Below, piece after piece: positions 9,309 to 19,189 of a stretch of DNA of 39,991 bases. Location of the stretch: contig JBHLNZ010000028.1 of NCBI GenBank assembly GCA_048941015.1, positions 1-39,991 of the forward strand, given 5' to 3'. This DNA comes from Promethearchaeota archaeon. Its GTDB lineage: Archaea > Asgardarchaeota > Lokiarchaeia > Sigyniarchaeales > SOKP01. The notes under the pieces are model-generated. The model had not been told where the DNA came from, did no database searches, and saw nothing but the letters and a program-made list of their open reading frames with translations. Position 1 is the first letter of the stretch. The number at the start of each line of letters is the position of its first letter. The position numbers and the translations under genes are program-made.

Positions 9309-9749
9309 TTACTTATTAGGTGTTTTCAAAGTGCTTCCACAGTAAGGGCATTTTACTGCATCAGCTTTTACATCTTCTCCACAGTATGGGCAAAATTTTT
9401 GTTCGGGTTTAATACGTTCTTCTTCCATTTCACCTCTGACTTCCTCCGCTTTTTCTTTGCGTTCTACTTTTTTTCCTGCTTTTTTAAGTACTTTCTCTTT
9501 AGGGGTTAGTGGAACTAATTCTTCTTCTTCCTTTTCAAAGGGCTCACTTGAGAATTCTAGGGCAGATAAGCATGTTGGGCAGTGATTCTTCCTTTTATTA
9601 CTTACATAAATTGCATACACTAATGCCGCAATTCCTACTGTAGCAATAATAACTATTACCCAAACTACTTTTTCAAATGTTTCTAGCGGTTTTCTAACCG
9701 GTTTATCAATCTGTTTTTTGCAAACCTTGCAATATGCATATTTAACCAT
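9309..9749 (-). CDS. LITAF-like zinc-binding membrane protein with a C-terminal zinc ribbon
   Basis: CKVC, a hydrophobic stretch, then HCPTC; a C-terminal CPYC-x10-CPYC ribbon. Confidence 0.7.
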   Translation of the reverse strand: MVKYAYCKVCKKQIDKPVRKPLETFEKVVWVIVIIATVGIAALVYAIYVSNKRKNHCPTCLSALEFSSEPFEKEEEELVPLTPKEKVLKKAGKKVERKEKAEEVRGEMEEERIKPEQKFCPYCGEDVKADAVKCPYCGSTLKTPNK

Positions 9750-9859
9750 ATATCATCATTGAATAATGAAAGTTTCTTATTGTAAATAATAGATTATTTT
9801 AATTAAAAAACTCTTTTAAACCTATATAAAGTTAAATATTAATTTTTAAAGGATTTCAA

Positions 9860-11173
9860 TTGGAAAAAAATTCTTTTTACATAGAGACTTATGGGTGTGC
9901 GTCAAATAAAGCAGATTCTTACATAATCTCAAATATTCTAAAGAATAATCATTTTACCGAAACTAGTCTAAATGAAGCAGAATATTTGATCATTAATACT
10001 TGTGCCGTTAAACAACAAACAGAAAATAAAATAAAGACACGATTAAAGAATTTATATAAAATCTATAAAAATGAACCAAATAAACATATCATAATAGCTG
10101 GATGTTTACCTCATATTGATCCTGGTTATATTGATGTGGTTAGGAAACTAGTCCCATCATTCTCAGCAATAATAGATTTAGATAATATCCATCAATTTCC
10201 TGAAATTTTACAACAGGTTAGAAATGGTAAAAAAAATCTCATTATAAAAAGTACAGAATCAATTGATAAAGCCAAAATTTTAATAGATTATCCCAAAAAT
10301 AAAATCACAGGAATCTTACCAATCTCGGAAGGATGTTTAGGATCTTGTACCTATTGCTGTGTAAAAAATGCGAGAGGGCCACTTAACTGTTATAATCCAG
10401 ATAATATTATAAATAATGCGAATCATCAGTTAAATCAAGGAATTAAGCAATTATATCTTACTTCTCAGGATTGTAGCACTTATCAACATAATAATATAAC
10501 CTTAGCTAAATTAGTAAAGCATATAAATGACTTAGAGTTCAAATTTTTCTTAAGATTAGGTATGGTAAATCCTAGTTTTCTAATCAACGAACTTGAGCAG
10601 TTGATTTCAATCTATCATTTGAACAAAGTTTATAAATTATTGCATATCCCAATCCAATCTGGGAGCGACAAGATTCTAAAAGAGATGAACCGATTTTATT
10701 CAATTTCAGAATTAAAAGATAAAATTAGGGTATTAAAGAAAGAAGTGCCAGACCTAACTATCTCAACAGACATAATTTGTGGTTTTCCAGGTGAAACTGA
10801 GAAAGAATTCAATGAAACTATTAATTTAATTAAATGGCTACAACCAGAAATTTTAAACATATCAAAATTCACTCCTCGTCCTGGAACTAAAGCAAAGGAC
10901 ATGAAGCAAGTTAATAGCAGAGTTATTAAAGAAAGATCAATCAGACTATCAAAAATTTTCAGGGAAAGTTTGATTGATATGAACAAACATTGGGAAGGAT
11001 GGGAAGGTGAAATTCTGATATTACATCCTGGTGAAAAAGAAAATCAAGCATTCGGTAGAAACCTTGCTTATAAAAATGTATTTATCGCGAATTATACTGG
11101 TGAGTATGGAGAATTCGTAAATGTTAAAATAGATAAGGTTGATGGATTTAACTTATTTGGAACTTTACTTTGA
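9860..11173 (+). CDS. mtaB: tRNA t6A37 methylthiotransferase (archaeal/eukaryotic MtaB/CDKAL1 type, radical SAM)
   Basis: UPF0004 cysteines (ETYGC, INTC, AGCL), radical SAM motif CLGSCTYC, HIPIQSGS, TDIICGFPGET and a C-terminal TRAM-like region. TTG start. Confidence 0.88.
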   Translation: MEKNSFYIETYGCASNKADSYIISNILKNNHFTETSLNEAEYLIINTCAVKQQTENKIKTRLKNLYKIYKNEPNKHIIIAGCLPHIDPGYIDVVRKLVPSFSAIIDLDNIHQFPEILQQVRNGKKNLIIKSTESIDKAKILIDYPKNKITGILPISEGCLGSCTYCCVKNARGPLNCYNPDNIINNANHQLNQGIKQLYLTSQDCSTYQHNNITLAKLVKHINDLEFKFFLRLGMVNPSFLINELEQLISIYHLNKVYKLLHIPIQSGSDKILKEMNRFYSISELKDKIRVLKKEVPDLTISTDIICGFPGETEKEFNETINLIKWLQPEILNISKFTPRPGTKAKDMKQVNSRVIKERSIRLSKIFRESLIDMNKHWEGWEGEILILHPGEKENQAFGRNLAYKNVFIANYTGEYGEFVNVKIDKVDGFNLFGTLL

Positions 11174-11800
11174 AATTTTACCTTTTACTTCTTTTTCCCA
11201 TTCATTATAAACGGACATGAGGCGATCAATTTCATCAATATTTGCGTCCTGATTAAATACTACAGAATTAGAACTCTTGAAGTAGCGAGCATAAATTTCA
11301 TTATTCTGTATCATTTTTTCCACCACGTCAATAATAGTTTTGTGAAATGCACCTGTTCTTTCCGCAATCTCAGCTACTTTTAATCTTGTTAATCTTGTGC
11401 CAAAATCTAAAACGGTTTGCCTAATTAAAGTTTCATCTTTCAGTAGATCATGATTTCTTCGTATATCAATAAGTATTATATAAAATAGGCAAAATATGGG
11501 AACACTTAAAATATCGAAAATAATTATGGGATGTAAAAAAATTCGATAGGCAACAAAAAGAAATACGATATTAGTAATTACTAAAATCGATCCTGCAAAT
11601 CCATATTTAACTGAATAGGATATATTGTTATTCTTAATAAATTTAGTTGAAAATGCAAGGAGTATTAATCCAAAGCCTCCGCCGAAAACAAATAAAATAA
11701 AACTTGATGCGCCACCTAACGGAAAGGAGTTAATCGCTATAAAAAGATATATATAAATTAAAAAAACATCACTTAGGGTTCTACTATTTAATTTTTTCAT
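11165..11800 (-). CDS. Membrane protein with C-terminal PCI-like winged-helix domain (paralog 3)
   Basis: About 4 TM, then LDFGTRLTRLKVAEIAE...MIQNNEIYARYFKSSNSVVFNQDANIDEID. Confidence 0.75.
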   Translation of the reverse strand: MKKLNSRTLSDVFLIYIYLFIAINSFPLGGASSFILFVFGGGFGLILLAFSTKFIKNNNISYSVKYGFAGSILVITNIVFLFVAYRIFLHPIIIFDILSVPIFCLFYIILIDIRRNHDLLKDETLIRQTVLDFGTRLTRLKVAEIAERTGAFHKTIIDVVEKMIQNNEIYARYFKSSNSVVFNQDANIDEIDRLMSVYNEWEKEVKGKISK

Positions 11801-11820
11801 TCATAACACCTTCAAATATC

Positions 11821-12522
11821 TCAAACTTTCCCTTCTTGACCTTCTTCCCAAACTTGATACATAGCCATTAAATTATCAATTTCTTTTATGTTTGCCTGCT
11901 TATTGAAAGCAACAGTTTTACTACTCTTAAAGTATTCAGCATAGATTTCATTATTTTCAATCATATCTTGAATCGTATCTATGATTGTTACTTTATCCGC
12001 TTTACAAGCTTCTGAAATCTCTCGTACCTCTAAATTAGCATATTGCGTACCAAGGTCTAATATCGTTTTTTTAATAATTTTAAAATTAATATCTTTAACT
12101 ATGATGTTTCCAAAAAATAATATAAGATTTATAACGCAGAACAATATCCAAATGATAAATTGAATGTAATAACCATAAGCGATATTATACCCAATAACAA
12201 TTCCACTTCCATACGGTCCTGACACCCCAACAGAAGGAACTGAAGGAAAGAACATATTGATTCCCATAATAAGGCATCCAATGACTCCAAAAATTAATCC
12301 TAACTTTACTCTTAATAGAAAAACAAAAAGTATTGATAATAAGAAAAGAAAAAAAATAACAGATCCCCCTACATAAAAGAAATTAAACCCTTGATAGAAC
12401 GGACGACCATAAAATTCTCCTTCAACCTCTGGGTATAGCATTGGAGGAAATGATGCTATCAAAAAAGATAACAATAAACCTATGTATAAAATTTTGACAA
12501 TAAGGAATATTTTTTCTTTCAT
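11821..12522 (-). CDS. Membrane protein with C-terminal PCI-like winged-helix domain (paralog 2)
   Basis: About 4 TM, then LDLGTQYANLEVREISE...MIENNEIYAEYFKSSKTVAFNKQANIKEID. Confidence 0.75.
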   Translation of the reverse strand: MKEKIFLIVKILYIGLLLSFLIASFPPMLYPEVEGEFYGRPFYQGFNFFYVGGSVIFFLFLLSILFVFLLRVKLGLIFGVIGCLIMGINMFFPSVPSVGVSGPYGSGIVIGYNIAYGYYIQFIIWILFCVINLILFFGNIIVKDINFKIIKKTILDLGTQYANLEVREISEACKADKVTIIDTIQDMIENNEIYAEYFKSSKTVAFNKQANIKEIDNLMAMYQVWEEGQEGKV

Positions 12523-12556
12523 CTTTTACCACCTGAAACCTTTATTTTTTTCTTAA

Positions 12557-13231
12557 TCAAATCTTTTTATCAATTTTCTTTTCTTCGAATTTAGAAAACT
12601 TAGATAATAACTGGTCAATTTCATTAATATTTGCTTGTTGATCAAAGGTTATGGTTTTCGTACTTTCAAAATACTCACCATAAACTTCTTTATTTTTCAA
12701 CATATTTTTAATTAAATTCAATACTAAAATTGGATCTTTATCTAATTTTTCAGAAATACCCCTAACTTCTAACCGCGTAAACTTAGTACTAAGATCTAAT
12801 ACTTCTTTTTTAAGATTATAATTTTCATAAACTTTTTTAGACGGTTGTGCTGAGATAAAGAGGATATTAATAGTCAATATGATAGCCCAACAGATAAAAT
12901 ATAAAAACGTAATCAAATTTAAATCTTGTAAACCGGGTTCATAATTCAAACTTGATACGAAGCGATAAAACAATATATCTAATCCAAAAATTACACATCC
13001 CACCATGCCTAAAATAAAAGAAAGTTTCCATTTTAGGTTATGGATTAAAACTATTGAAGTTAGGAATAAAATTGCTTCAATCATTCCTCCTTGGATTAAT
13101 CCACTGATTAATAAATTCCCATCATGAGGATAATACTGAGGTCTGCTGACAACAATCGTTAAAAATACTAATAATGTGAGTAAATAAAGGATTTTTAATA
13201 TGATAAATATCTTTCGATTAATAATTCTCAC
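12557..13231 (-). CDS. Membrane protein with C-terminal PCI-like winged-helix domain (paralog 1)
   Basis: About 4 TM, then LDLSTKFTRLEVRGISE...MLKNKEVYGEYFESTKTITFDQQANINEID. GTG start. Confidence 0.75.
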   Translation of the reverse strand: MRIINRKIFIILKILYLLTLLVFLTIVVSRPQYYPHDGNLLISGLIQGGMIEAILFLTSIVLIHNLKWKLSFILGMVGCVIFGLDILFYRFVSSLNYEPGLQDLNLITFLYFICWAIILTINILFISAQPSKKVYENYNLKKEVLDLSTKFTRLEVRGISEKLDKDPILVLNLIKNMLKNKEVYGEYFESTKTITFDQQANINEIDQLLSKFSKFEEKKIDKKI

Positions 13232-13356
13232 TCCGAGTATAATATTCTTTTTGTCTTTTACATTTAATACCTATGGTTTAATCATATATAAAAGTATACA
13301 TATCATCACAAAATGAGTAATTTAAAGAATTAAGAACAAGAAAATTAATATAATTA

Positions 13357-14244
13357 TTATTTAAGATTATATTTTTCCAAGAAGGCCGTTAATCTTGATC
13401 TATGGAATTTAAGCCCGAGATCATCCGGATTAAAACCAAAAGCTAATGCTAATAATTCAGTTAAATAGAGAATTGGTATATTAAATTCGTTGCCAGATTG
13501 GGTTCCAGCTTTCTTTTGATTCGTATCCATTTGTTGGAAGCAAGCGGGACAAACAACCACAAATATTTCAGCTCCGGCATTTAATGCACTTGTAAACTTA
13601 TTCGATAATACTTGCATCGAAGGTTCTTCTTCAGTATTTCCGACGCCAGATCCGCAACATAACATCTCTTCTTCATAATCGACTGGAGTAGCTCCAGACG
13701 CTGCAACTAATTCTCTCAGTTTTACTGGTTCCATTGGATCATCCGTCTGCATGATTTCAGAAGGCCGATTATAGTGGCAGCCCGTATGACATGCTACCTT
13801 TAAACCCGAAAAATCTTTTTTAACGTGTTCTTTTATTTTATCTGGACCAAATTCATGTAAAACCTCAACAAAATGTTTTACATTAATGCTCCCCTTAAAC
13901 TCTCTTTTCACTGTTTTTAGTATATCATTAATTTGATCTCTTAAATGATCATCATGTTTTAGTTCATGATTTACTGCTTTTAACGTCTGAAAACATCCAT
14001 TACATAAGGATACTATATTTTTTCCTTCTTCTTCTGCAATAGTTAAATTTCTTGCCCCCATAGCAAGCCAACTTAAATGATCCACTGCATTAAATCCAAC
14101 AGGATCAGGACAGCATGCAAATGGAGCTTCAGAAGTTTTAATTCCGAGAGTATCAAATACTTTTCGCGCACTGGCTTCAATAAATGGAATTCTATTCCCG
14201 ATAGTACAGCCCTGGAACATTTTAAATTCTTCTGCTTTTGCCAT
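13357..14244 (-). CDS. hdrB: Heterodisulfide reductase subunit B (two CCG domains)
   Basis: FQGC...ACCP...LCNGC and HTGCH...LCCG...VCPAC; ends IPILYLTELLALAFG. Confidence 0.92.
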   Translation of the reverse strand: MAKAEEFKMFQGCTIGNRIPFIEASARKVFDTLGIKTSEAPFACCPDPVGFNAVDHLSWLAMGARNLTIAEEEGKNIVSLCNGCFQTLKAVNHELKHDDHLRDQINDILKTVKREFKGSINVKHFVEVLHEFGPDKIKEHVKKDFSGLKVACHTGCHYNRPSEIMQTDDPMEPVKLRELVAASGATPVDYEEEMLCCGSGVGNTEEEPSMQVLSNKFTSALNAGAEIFVVVCPACFQQMDTNQKKAGTQSGNEFNIPILYLTELLALAFGFNPDDLGLKFHRSRLTAFLEKYNLK

Positions 14245-14320
14245 ACAAACTCCTCTTATCTTAATTATTAATAATTTTATTTAATATTGGTTTATTTATA
14301 ACTTTTTAAAATTTGAGATC

Positions 14321-15721
14321 TTATTCTCCTTCCACTTTATCATGATATTTATGCCCTAAAATGCTATCTGCTAACGTAAATCGATTAAATAACCCTGCAG
14401 GATCTTTAATAATCTTCATAACTTCTTTAGGATCTCTGTCAGCACACAAAGAACCTAAAGTACTAATAAATCTAGCACCTTGATCTTTTACACCTACAGG
14501 AGGACCATAACAACCAAGACATGGAGCATTAGCTTTATTTGGACAAATAGTACCGCATCCAGCTTGAGTTACCGGACCTAAGCAAATATAACCTTCTTCT
14601 AAAAAGCATTTATCCATTGAAGGTAATCCCTTGTAATCTCTTTTTAATTCAGTAGGAACTTTATCTACTACATCCCTATTACAATGACTGCAAACTGTTT
14701 TAGAACTAAACTTAAAGTGGGGATCATCTTTTAATAGAAAAAGAATACTTCCAACAATGTCATCAATAACAGCTGAACCTGTTGGATTTACATCAATAGC
14801 AAGTTTTTGCCCTTTCTCGGATTCTATTTCTTTAACTTCAAAGCTATCTGGCTCGTATGCTAATCTCTGTAATAAATCTCCTCGAAAATAAAAATTTGTA
14901 ATATTAGACGCGCCTAAATATACATCAAGAAAATGTTGTAAATTTGCACCTAATTCATCATTCAATTCTTCGATATTTTGTATCATATTTTTCAAATTTT
15001 CAACTTTTTTGCTTGGTTTAGATGTACTTTTAAAGCAGCCATAACAGATATCGCCATTATTTGGACACATTAAGTCACACCCTCCTGCTGTGATCGACCC
15101 GTAACATAAAAGTTCTTCATCCAGTAAGCATCCCTCCTTGAACAAATTACAACTGTCACAAACACTCTTATTTTTGTCAAGTGAATTTGGTAATGGTGAT
15201 ACTAGAGATAATAAATAAGAAATCGCTCCCATTATATTTTCAGTAGTTGGGGGGCATCCAGGGATAAACATATCAACATCGATAGTATCTTTAACATTAA
15301 TTATATACTCTTCAAACCCAGGAACGACTTCCTTAGGTTCTTTTGGGTTTTCATCTGTAATGGATTCAGTTTTCATAAACTTTCTTTTTATCAAATCATT
15401 TAAATCATACAAATTAGCTAGACCTTTAACACTACCATAGCATGAACATGCCCCAATGGTAACTATGATTTTACATTTCTTTCTCATTAACTTAACATTA
15501 GTTGTATCTTGTTTAGTTCTTGCTACTCCTTCAATGAACCCTATTAAAATATCTCCATCAGGTCTTGATTCTAAAGACTTATGTTTAAAATCTACAACCG
15601 CTGGCCAATACACTATATCAAGTTCAGGTAAAATTGGAAGAAGTCCAAGATGAGCGTTTAATAAACTTTGATGACAACCCCAACAGCTACTTAATTGCAT
15701 AAAAGCTACTTTAATAGTCAT
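14321..15721 (-). CDS. mvhG: [NiFe]-hydrogenase small subunit, MvhG/VhuG type, extended by a duplicated FeS module
   Basis: SSCWGC, FIEG, IGACSCYG, IPGCPP, and two copies of the CxxC...C-L/F-L...C-x-G-x2-T-x-x-GC...CP...CxGC module. Confidence 0.82.
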   Translation of the reverse strand: MTIKVAFMQLSSCWGCHQSLLNAHLGLLPILPELDIVYWPAVVDFKHKSLESRPDGDILIGFIEGVARTKQDTTNVKLMRKKCKIIVTIGACSCYGSVKGLANLYDLNDLIKRKFMKTESITDENPKEPKEVVPGFEEYIINVKDTIDVDMFIPGCPPTTENIMGAISYLLSLVSPLPNSLDKNKSVCDSCNLFKEGCLLDEELLCYGSITAGGCDLMCPNNGDICYGCFKSTSKPSKKVENLKNMIQNIEELNDELGANLQHFLDVYLGASNITNFYFRGDLLQRLAYEPDSFEVKEIESEKGQKLAIDVNPTGSAVIDDIVGSILFLLKDDPHFKFSSKTVCSHCNRDVVDKVPTELKRDYKGLPSMDKCFLEEGYICLGPVTQAGCGTICPNKANAPCLGCYGPPVGVKDQGARFISTLGSLCADRDPKEVMKIIKDPAGLFNRFTLADSILGHKYHDKVEGE

Positions 15722-15893
15722 TTTATCCCTTATTTTTATTTTTAAACATGATAATTATGAATTTAATTATTATATTTTGGTATATTTTGAGTCTATTAAA
15801 AAATTTGTTAATTAGAAATATTTCAATACTCTTTTTATATAAATTAAAAAGATGAGGTAATTTCCTGAATAAGGGGTTTTCAAAAATAGGTAT

Positions 15894-17477
15894 TTAAAAA
15901 ACATATTTTTTACCTTCTTCTGATAGAATTATCTTACTTGATAATCCAAACTCTTTAAAAGTTTCTGGATGCTCTGTATGTATTGGAATAACATAATCTG
16001 CATTGATTTTTTGTAGTAAATCTATGAGATCATCTACATTACAATGCCCAGAAGAATGTATTGTTTCTGTTTTCAAAATCCCAAATCTTTGTAGCCAAGA
16101 ATTTAATCTCTCATCTTGCATTGCCATCTCCTCGTTAAAAGGATCGGTTGTTGAATTCAAAAATAATACTGTATCAGGCTTTTGATTAAGATCAATTAAT
16201 TCTCCAAGCATAAAGTAATCAAGATATAGTAAATATCTTTCGGGATCGTCGATAATATTAAAGCAATTTACAAAATTGTTTGCTTCAAAAATCCTTTTTT
16301 GATATCCTGAATAATCTGCAGAGTCAAATTTACCCCATCCTTTTCTCTGAAGATAAACAACAAAATTTTTATCGACTTCATCTGGGAGTTTGTAAGAATC
16401 ATTAAAGTCTTTAATTTCATCTTCTCCCATATGGTTCATGCTTGCTCTGATATTCTCAATCATAGCAAAAATTCTGGGATGGACAGCAAAAATTCGATTA
16501 GTTTCTTTAGCTAATTTATAATACATTAAAATCCTATCAAGATTCCTTGAAGGACAATTTATTAAGATTAATCCAGAATGCATTCTGATAATCTCTTTTG
16601 AACGATCTTCTACCTCTTGTTCTGATTGATCATCTTCATTATATGTACCATCTCTGAATTCTTCTATGCTTTTAACTCTTGAGCCCTCAGTAATAATAAC
16701 TATCGGATTTCTTTTTTTTACTTTTTTAATGAAATTGTCAACCCAGTTACTATGAAAACCATGGCTTCTAAAATCTCCTGTGTAGATTATGCTTCGCCCA
16801 TCATTTTCTACTATATAAGAACATGCTCCAGGAATAGAATGATCAGTTTGATATTGTGTTATACCTACTTCGCCATTATTAGATTTGAAAAAATAAGGTT
16901 TCTCATTTTCCATTGTAAAAATCTTTCTTGTAATATCTCCTTCTTTATAATCTTTTTTAGTAGCACGTTTATATTGGGTTTCCCCTTCTTTATTTTGAAT
17001 TTTTTTAGGAATGATCTTAAAAAATTCATAAAAATTTAAAATTTCTGGTAAGAGTTGATCTGTTGTGGTCTCTATAAGATGTTCAATAATAATTTGAGAA
17101 ATATAATTCATATAAATAGGAGTATCTTTTTTGAGAAATCCTATGAATTTATAATGATCCATATGAGCATGTGTTAAAAAAAAAGCATCAACAATATTTC
17201 GTTCAGAAGGAGTAATATTATAAGGCTCTCTACTTAAAATCTGTTTAAATGGTTGAATTAAATCATTTCTGTAGAAATCATTTAAAGAAGGAACCAAACC
17301 AAGATAAAGATAGTCAATAATCCCATTAAATTTTCGAGGACTTAAGAATTCGGAAAAATATTGTCTACTTTCCTGAAATGATAATCCAAAATCAAATAAG
17401 AATTTTCGTTCTCCTATATTTATGAATACTTTATTTCCGCCAATTTCATTTACTCCTCCAAAAATCTCAATCTCCAT
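15894..17477 (-). CDS. Metallo-beta-lactamase / beta-CASP ribonuclease (RNase J-like)
   Basis: GGVNEIGGN, DFG, THAHMDH, DHSIPG, YTGDFR, HSSGH and IPIHTEH. Confidence 0.85.
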   Translation of the reverse strand: MEIEIFGGVNEIGGNKVFINIGERKFLFDFGLSFQESRQYFSEFLSPRKFNGIIDYLYLGLVPSLNDFYRNDLIQPFKQILSREPYNITPSERNIVDAFFLTHAHMDHYKFIGFLKKDTPIYMNYISQIIIEHLIETTTDQLLPEILNFYEFFKIIPKKIQNKEGETQYKRATKKDYKEGDITRKIFTMENEKPYFFKSNNGEVGITQYQTDHSIPGACSYIVENDGRSIIYTGDFRSHGFHSNWVDNFIKKVKKRNPIVIITEGSRVKSIEEFRDGTYNEDDQSEQEVEDRSKEIIRMHSGLILINCPSRNLDRILMYYKLAKETNRIFAVHPRIFAMIENIRASMNHMGEDEIKDFNDSYKLPDEVDKNFVVYLQRKGWGKFDSADYSGYQKRIFEANNFVNCFNIIDDPERYLLYLDYFMLGELIDLNQKPDTVLFLNSTTDPFNEEMAMQDERLNSWLQRFGILKTETIHSSGHCNVDDLIDLLQKINADYVIPIHTEHPETFKEFGLSSKIILSEEGKKYVF

Positions 17478-17534
17478 TTTATATATTACCTATTTGAAAA
17501 TTCTTAAATAACTTAAAATAAAAAAGAAATTTGA

Positions 17535-18140
17535 TTAATCGAAATCTTTCCCACATTCACTGCAGAAATTTGCATGAATTGGAAGGATTGTTCCACAATT
17601 TGGACAATATTTATTTTTTAAGTTGTCAAACATACTAGAGTCTCTCTCTTCTACTTTTGAAGCACTTGGCTCCTCCGAAGGAACTTCTGGTTCTTTTAAT
17701 CCCATCCTTCCAATTATAGCGAGAACAGTGCCTCCAAATGCTAATCCTGAATTAAAGGTAAATAGATTATAAACTTGATCAAGGAAAAGTTGTATAGAGG
17801 GATCTAAAGTGATATTTGTAATTCCAATAATCCAAACAGCAATATAAATAATCAAACCAAGTAAACCAAAACTAGTTGCGATACCAATAATAAATCTACC
17901 AAGCCAATATTGCTTCAATAAGACTAATAATACTCCTACTAGCACAGAATAGCCTCCTCCTATCGCAATATATTTTAAAACATTAAAAATAATTCCTATT
18001 AAAGGTTCCCATTCTGCTCCTACGTATAATTTAATTTGGTTTAAAATTAGAGTATATAATCCAAAACTACCTGTTGCAGAGCCAATAATCATAATAATTC
18101 CACCGATTATAGTTAAAATTAGCCATTTTTTATTTTCCAT
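17535..18140 (-). CDS. Membrane protein with C-terminal zinc ribbon
   Basis: About 4 TM; ends CPNCGTILPIHANFCSECG. Confidence 0.8.
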   Translation of the reverse strand: MENKKWLILTIIGGIIMIIGSATGSFGLYTLILNQIKLYVGAEWEPLIGIIFNVLKYIAIGGGYSVLVGVLLVLLKQYWLGRFIIGIATSFGLLGLIIYIAVWIIGITNITLDPSIQLFLDQVYNLFTFNSGLAFGGTVLAIIGRMGLKEPEVPSEEPSASKVEERDSSMFDNLKNKYCPNCGTILPIHANFCSECGKDFD

Positions 18141-18259
18141 TTTTTTGGACCTCCAAAATAATTCTTAATAATCTGATAATAGTAATGACTTTTCAATTAT
18201 ATAAATATATATCATAAACAAAACGATTTCGGAAAATAATGCGAAAGATTTGAGGATTA

Positions 18260-19069
18260 TTAAATTTTAACTCTTGAGGGATGAGTATAAATATTCATCT
18301 TATTCCCCCTTACAAATCCAATTAATGTAATTCCATATGCGAATGCTAACCTAATTCCCGATTCTATTGCCGCTGATAAAGAAGCTAATATAGGGATTTT
18401 TGCTCTCACTGCTTTTAAAACAGAATCTCCTGTTAATCTACCCGTTGTAGTTAATAATTTATTATTCAAGTTTTCTTTTCTGATAAGCAAATCACCAATC
18501 ACCTTGTCAATTGCATTATGCCTTCCGATATCTTCTTTAACACTTGAAATTGTTCCATTAAGATCGAAAATAGCAGCACCATGACACCCTCCCGTTTCCC
18601 TAAATAATGTGGTTTGTTTCTGCATTTCAATAATAGATGAAAAAATAGTTTTTGAAGATATTTCAATATCTTTTTTAATCAAACTTGATTGTTTTGACTC
18701 CTTAATTAAATTTTTAATAGTATTCCTCCAAGGAGAAGGAATACCACAAGTTGTATCAATTACTCGATTAACTGAACTTAAGTTAAGAATATCTAAATCA
18801 ATATTTAATGAATCTTTTAAATCAATAAAGATTCTACTTTCTAATTCATCAATTTTAATGCTTTTTATATCATCTATAGAATTAATAATTCCAATTGAAT
18901 AAATAAATCCAATAGCTAATTCTTTTAAATTATTAGGTAGACAAATGATGTTAACTATCGATTTCGAATTAACAATAATATCGATTGCACTCTCAATAAG
19001 AACTATATCAATTTCTTCAGACTTCTGGTCTCTTTTTACTCGTGTAATGTTTACTTTTCTTTTATACAA
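18260..19069 (-). CDS. fdhD: Formate dehydrogenase accessory sulfurtransferase FdhD
   Basis: TTCG, FRETGGCHGAA, EDIGRHNAIDKVIG, TTGR and GITLIGFVRG. Confidence 0.93.
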   Translation of the reverse strand: MYKRKVNITRVKRDQKSEEIDIVLIESAIDIIVNSKSIVNIICLPNNLKELAIGFIYSIGIINSIDDIKSIKIDELESRIFIDLKDSLNIDLDILNLSSVNRVIDTTCGIPSPWRNTIKNLIKESKQSSLIKKDIEISSKTIFSSIIEMQKQTTLFRETGGCHGAAIFDLNGTISSVKEDIGRHNAIDKVIGDLLIRKENLNNKLLTTTGRLTGDSVLKAVRAKIPILASLSAAIESGIRLAFAYGITLIGFVRGNKMNIYTHPSRVKI

Positions 19070-19189
19070 GGTAAAATCCTAGTTTAATCAAATTGAATCT
19101 AACGTTATAATATTTATATCTATTAAATAAAGAATTTTTTATTCTAATTTATAAAATAATTATAAAAATAAGTAAACAATAAACTCAAA

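Noticed and set aside
15894-17477. MBL hydrolase as a defence nuclease
   Set aside because: Its motifs fit housekeeping RNase J-like/beta-CASP proteins, and there are no defence-type neighbours.
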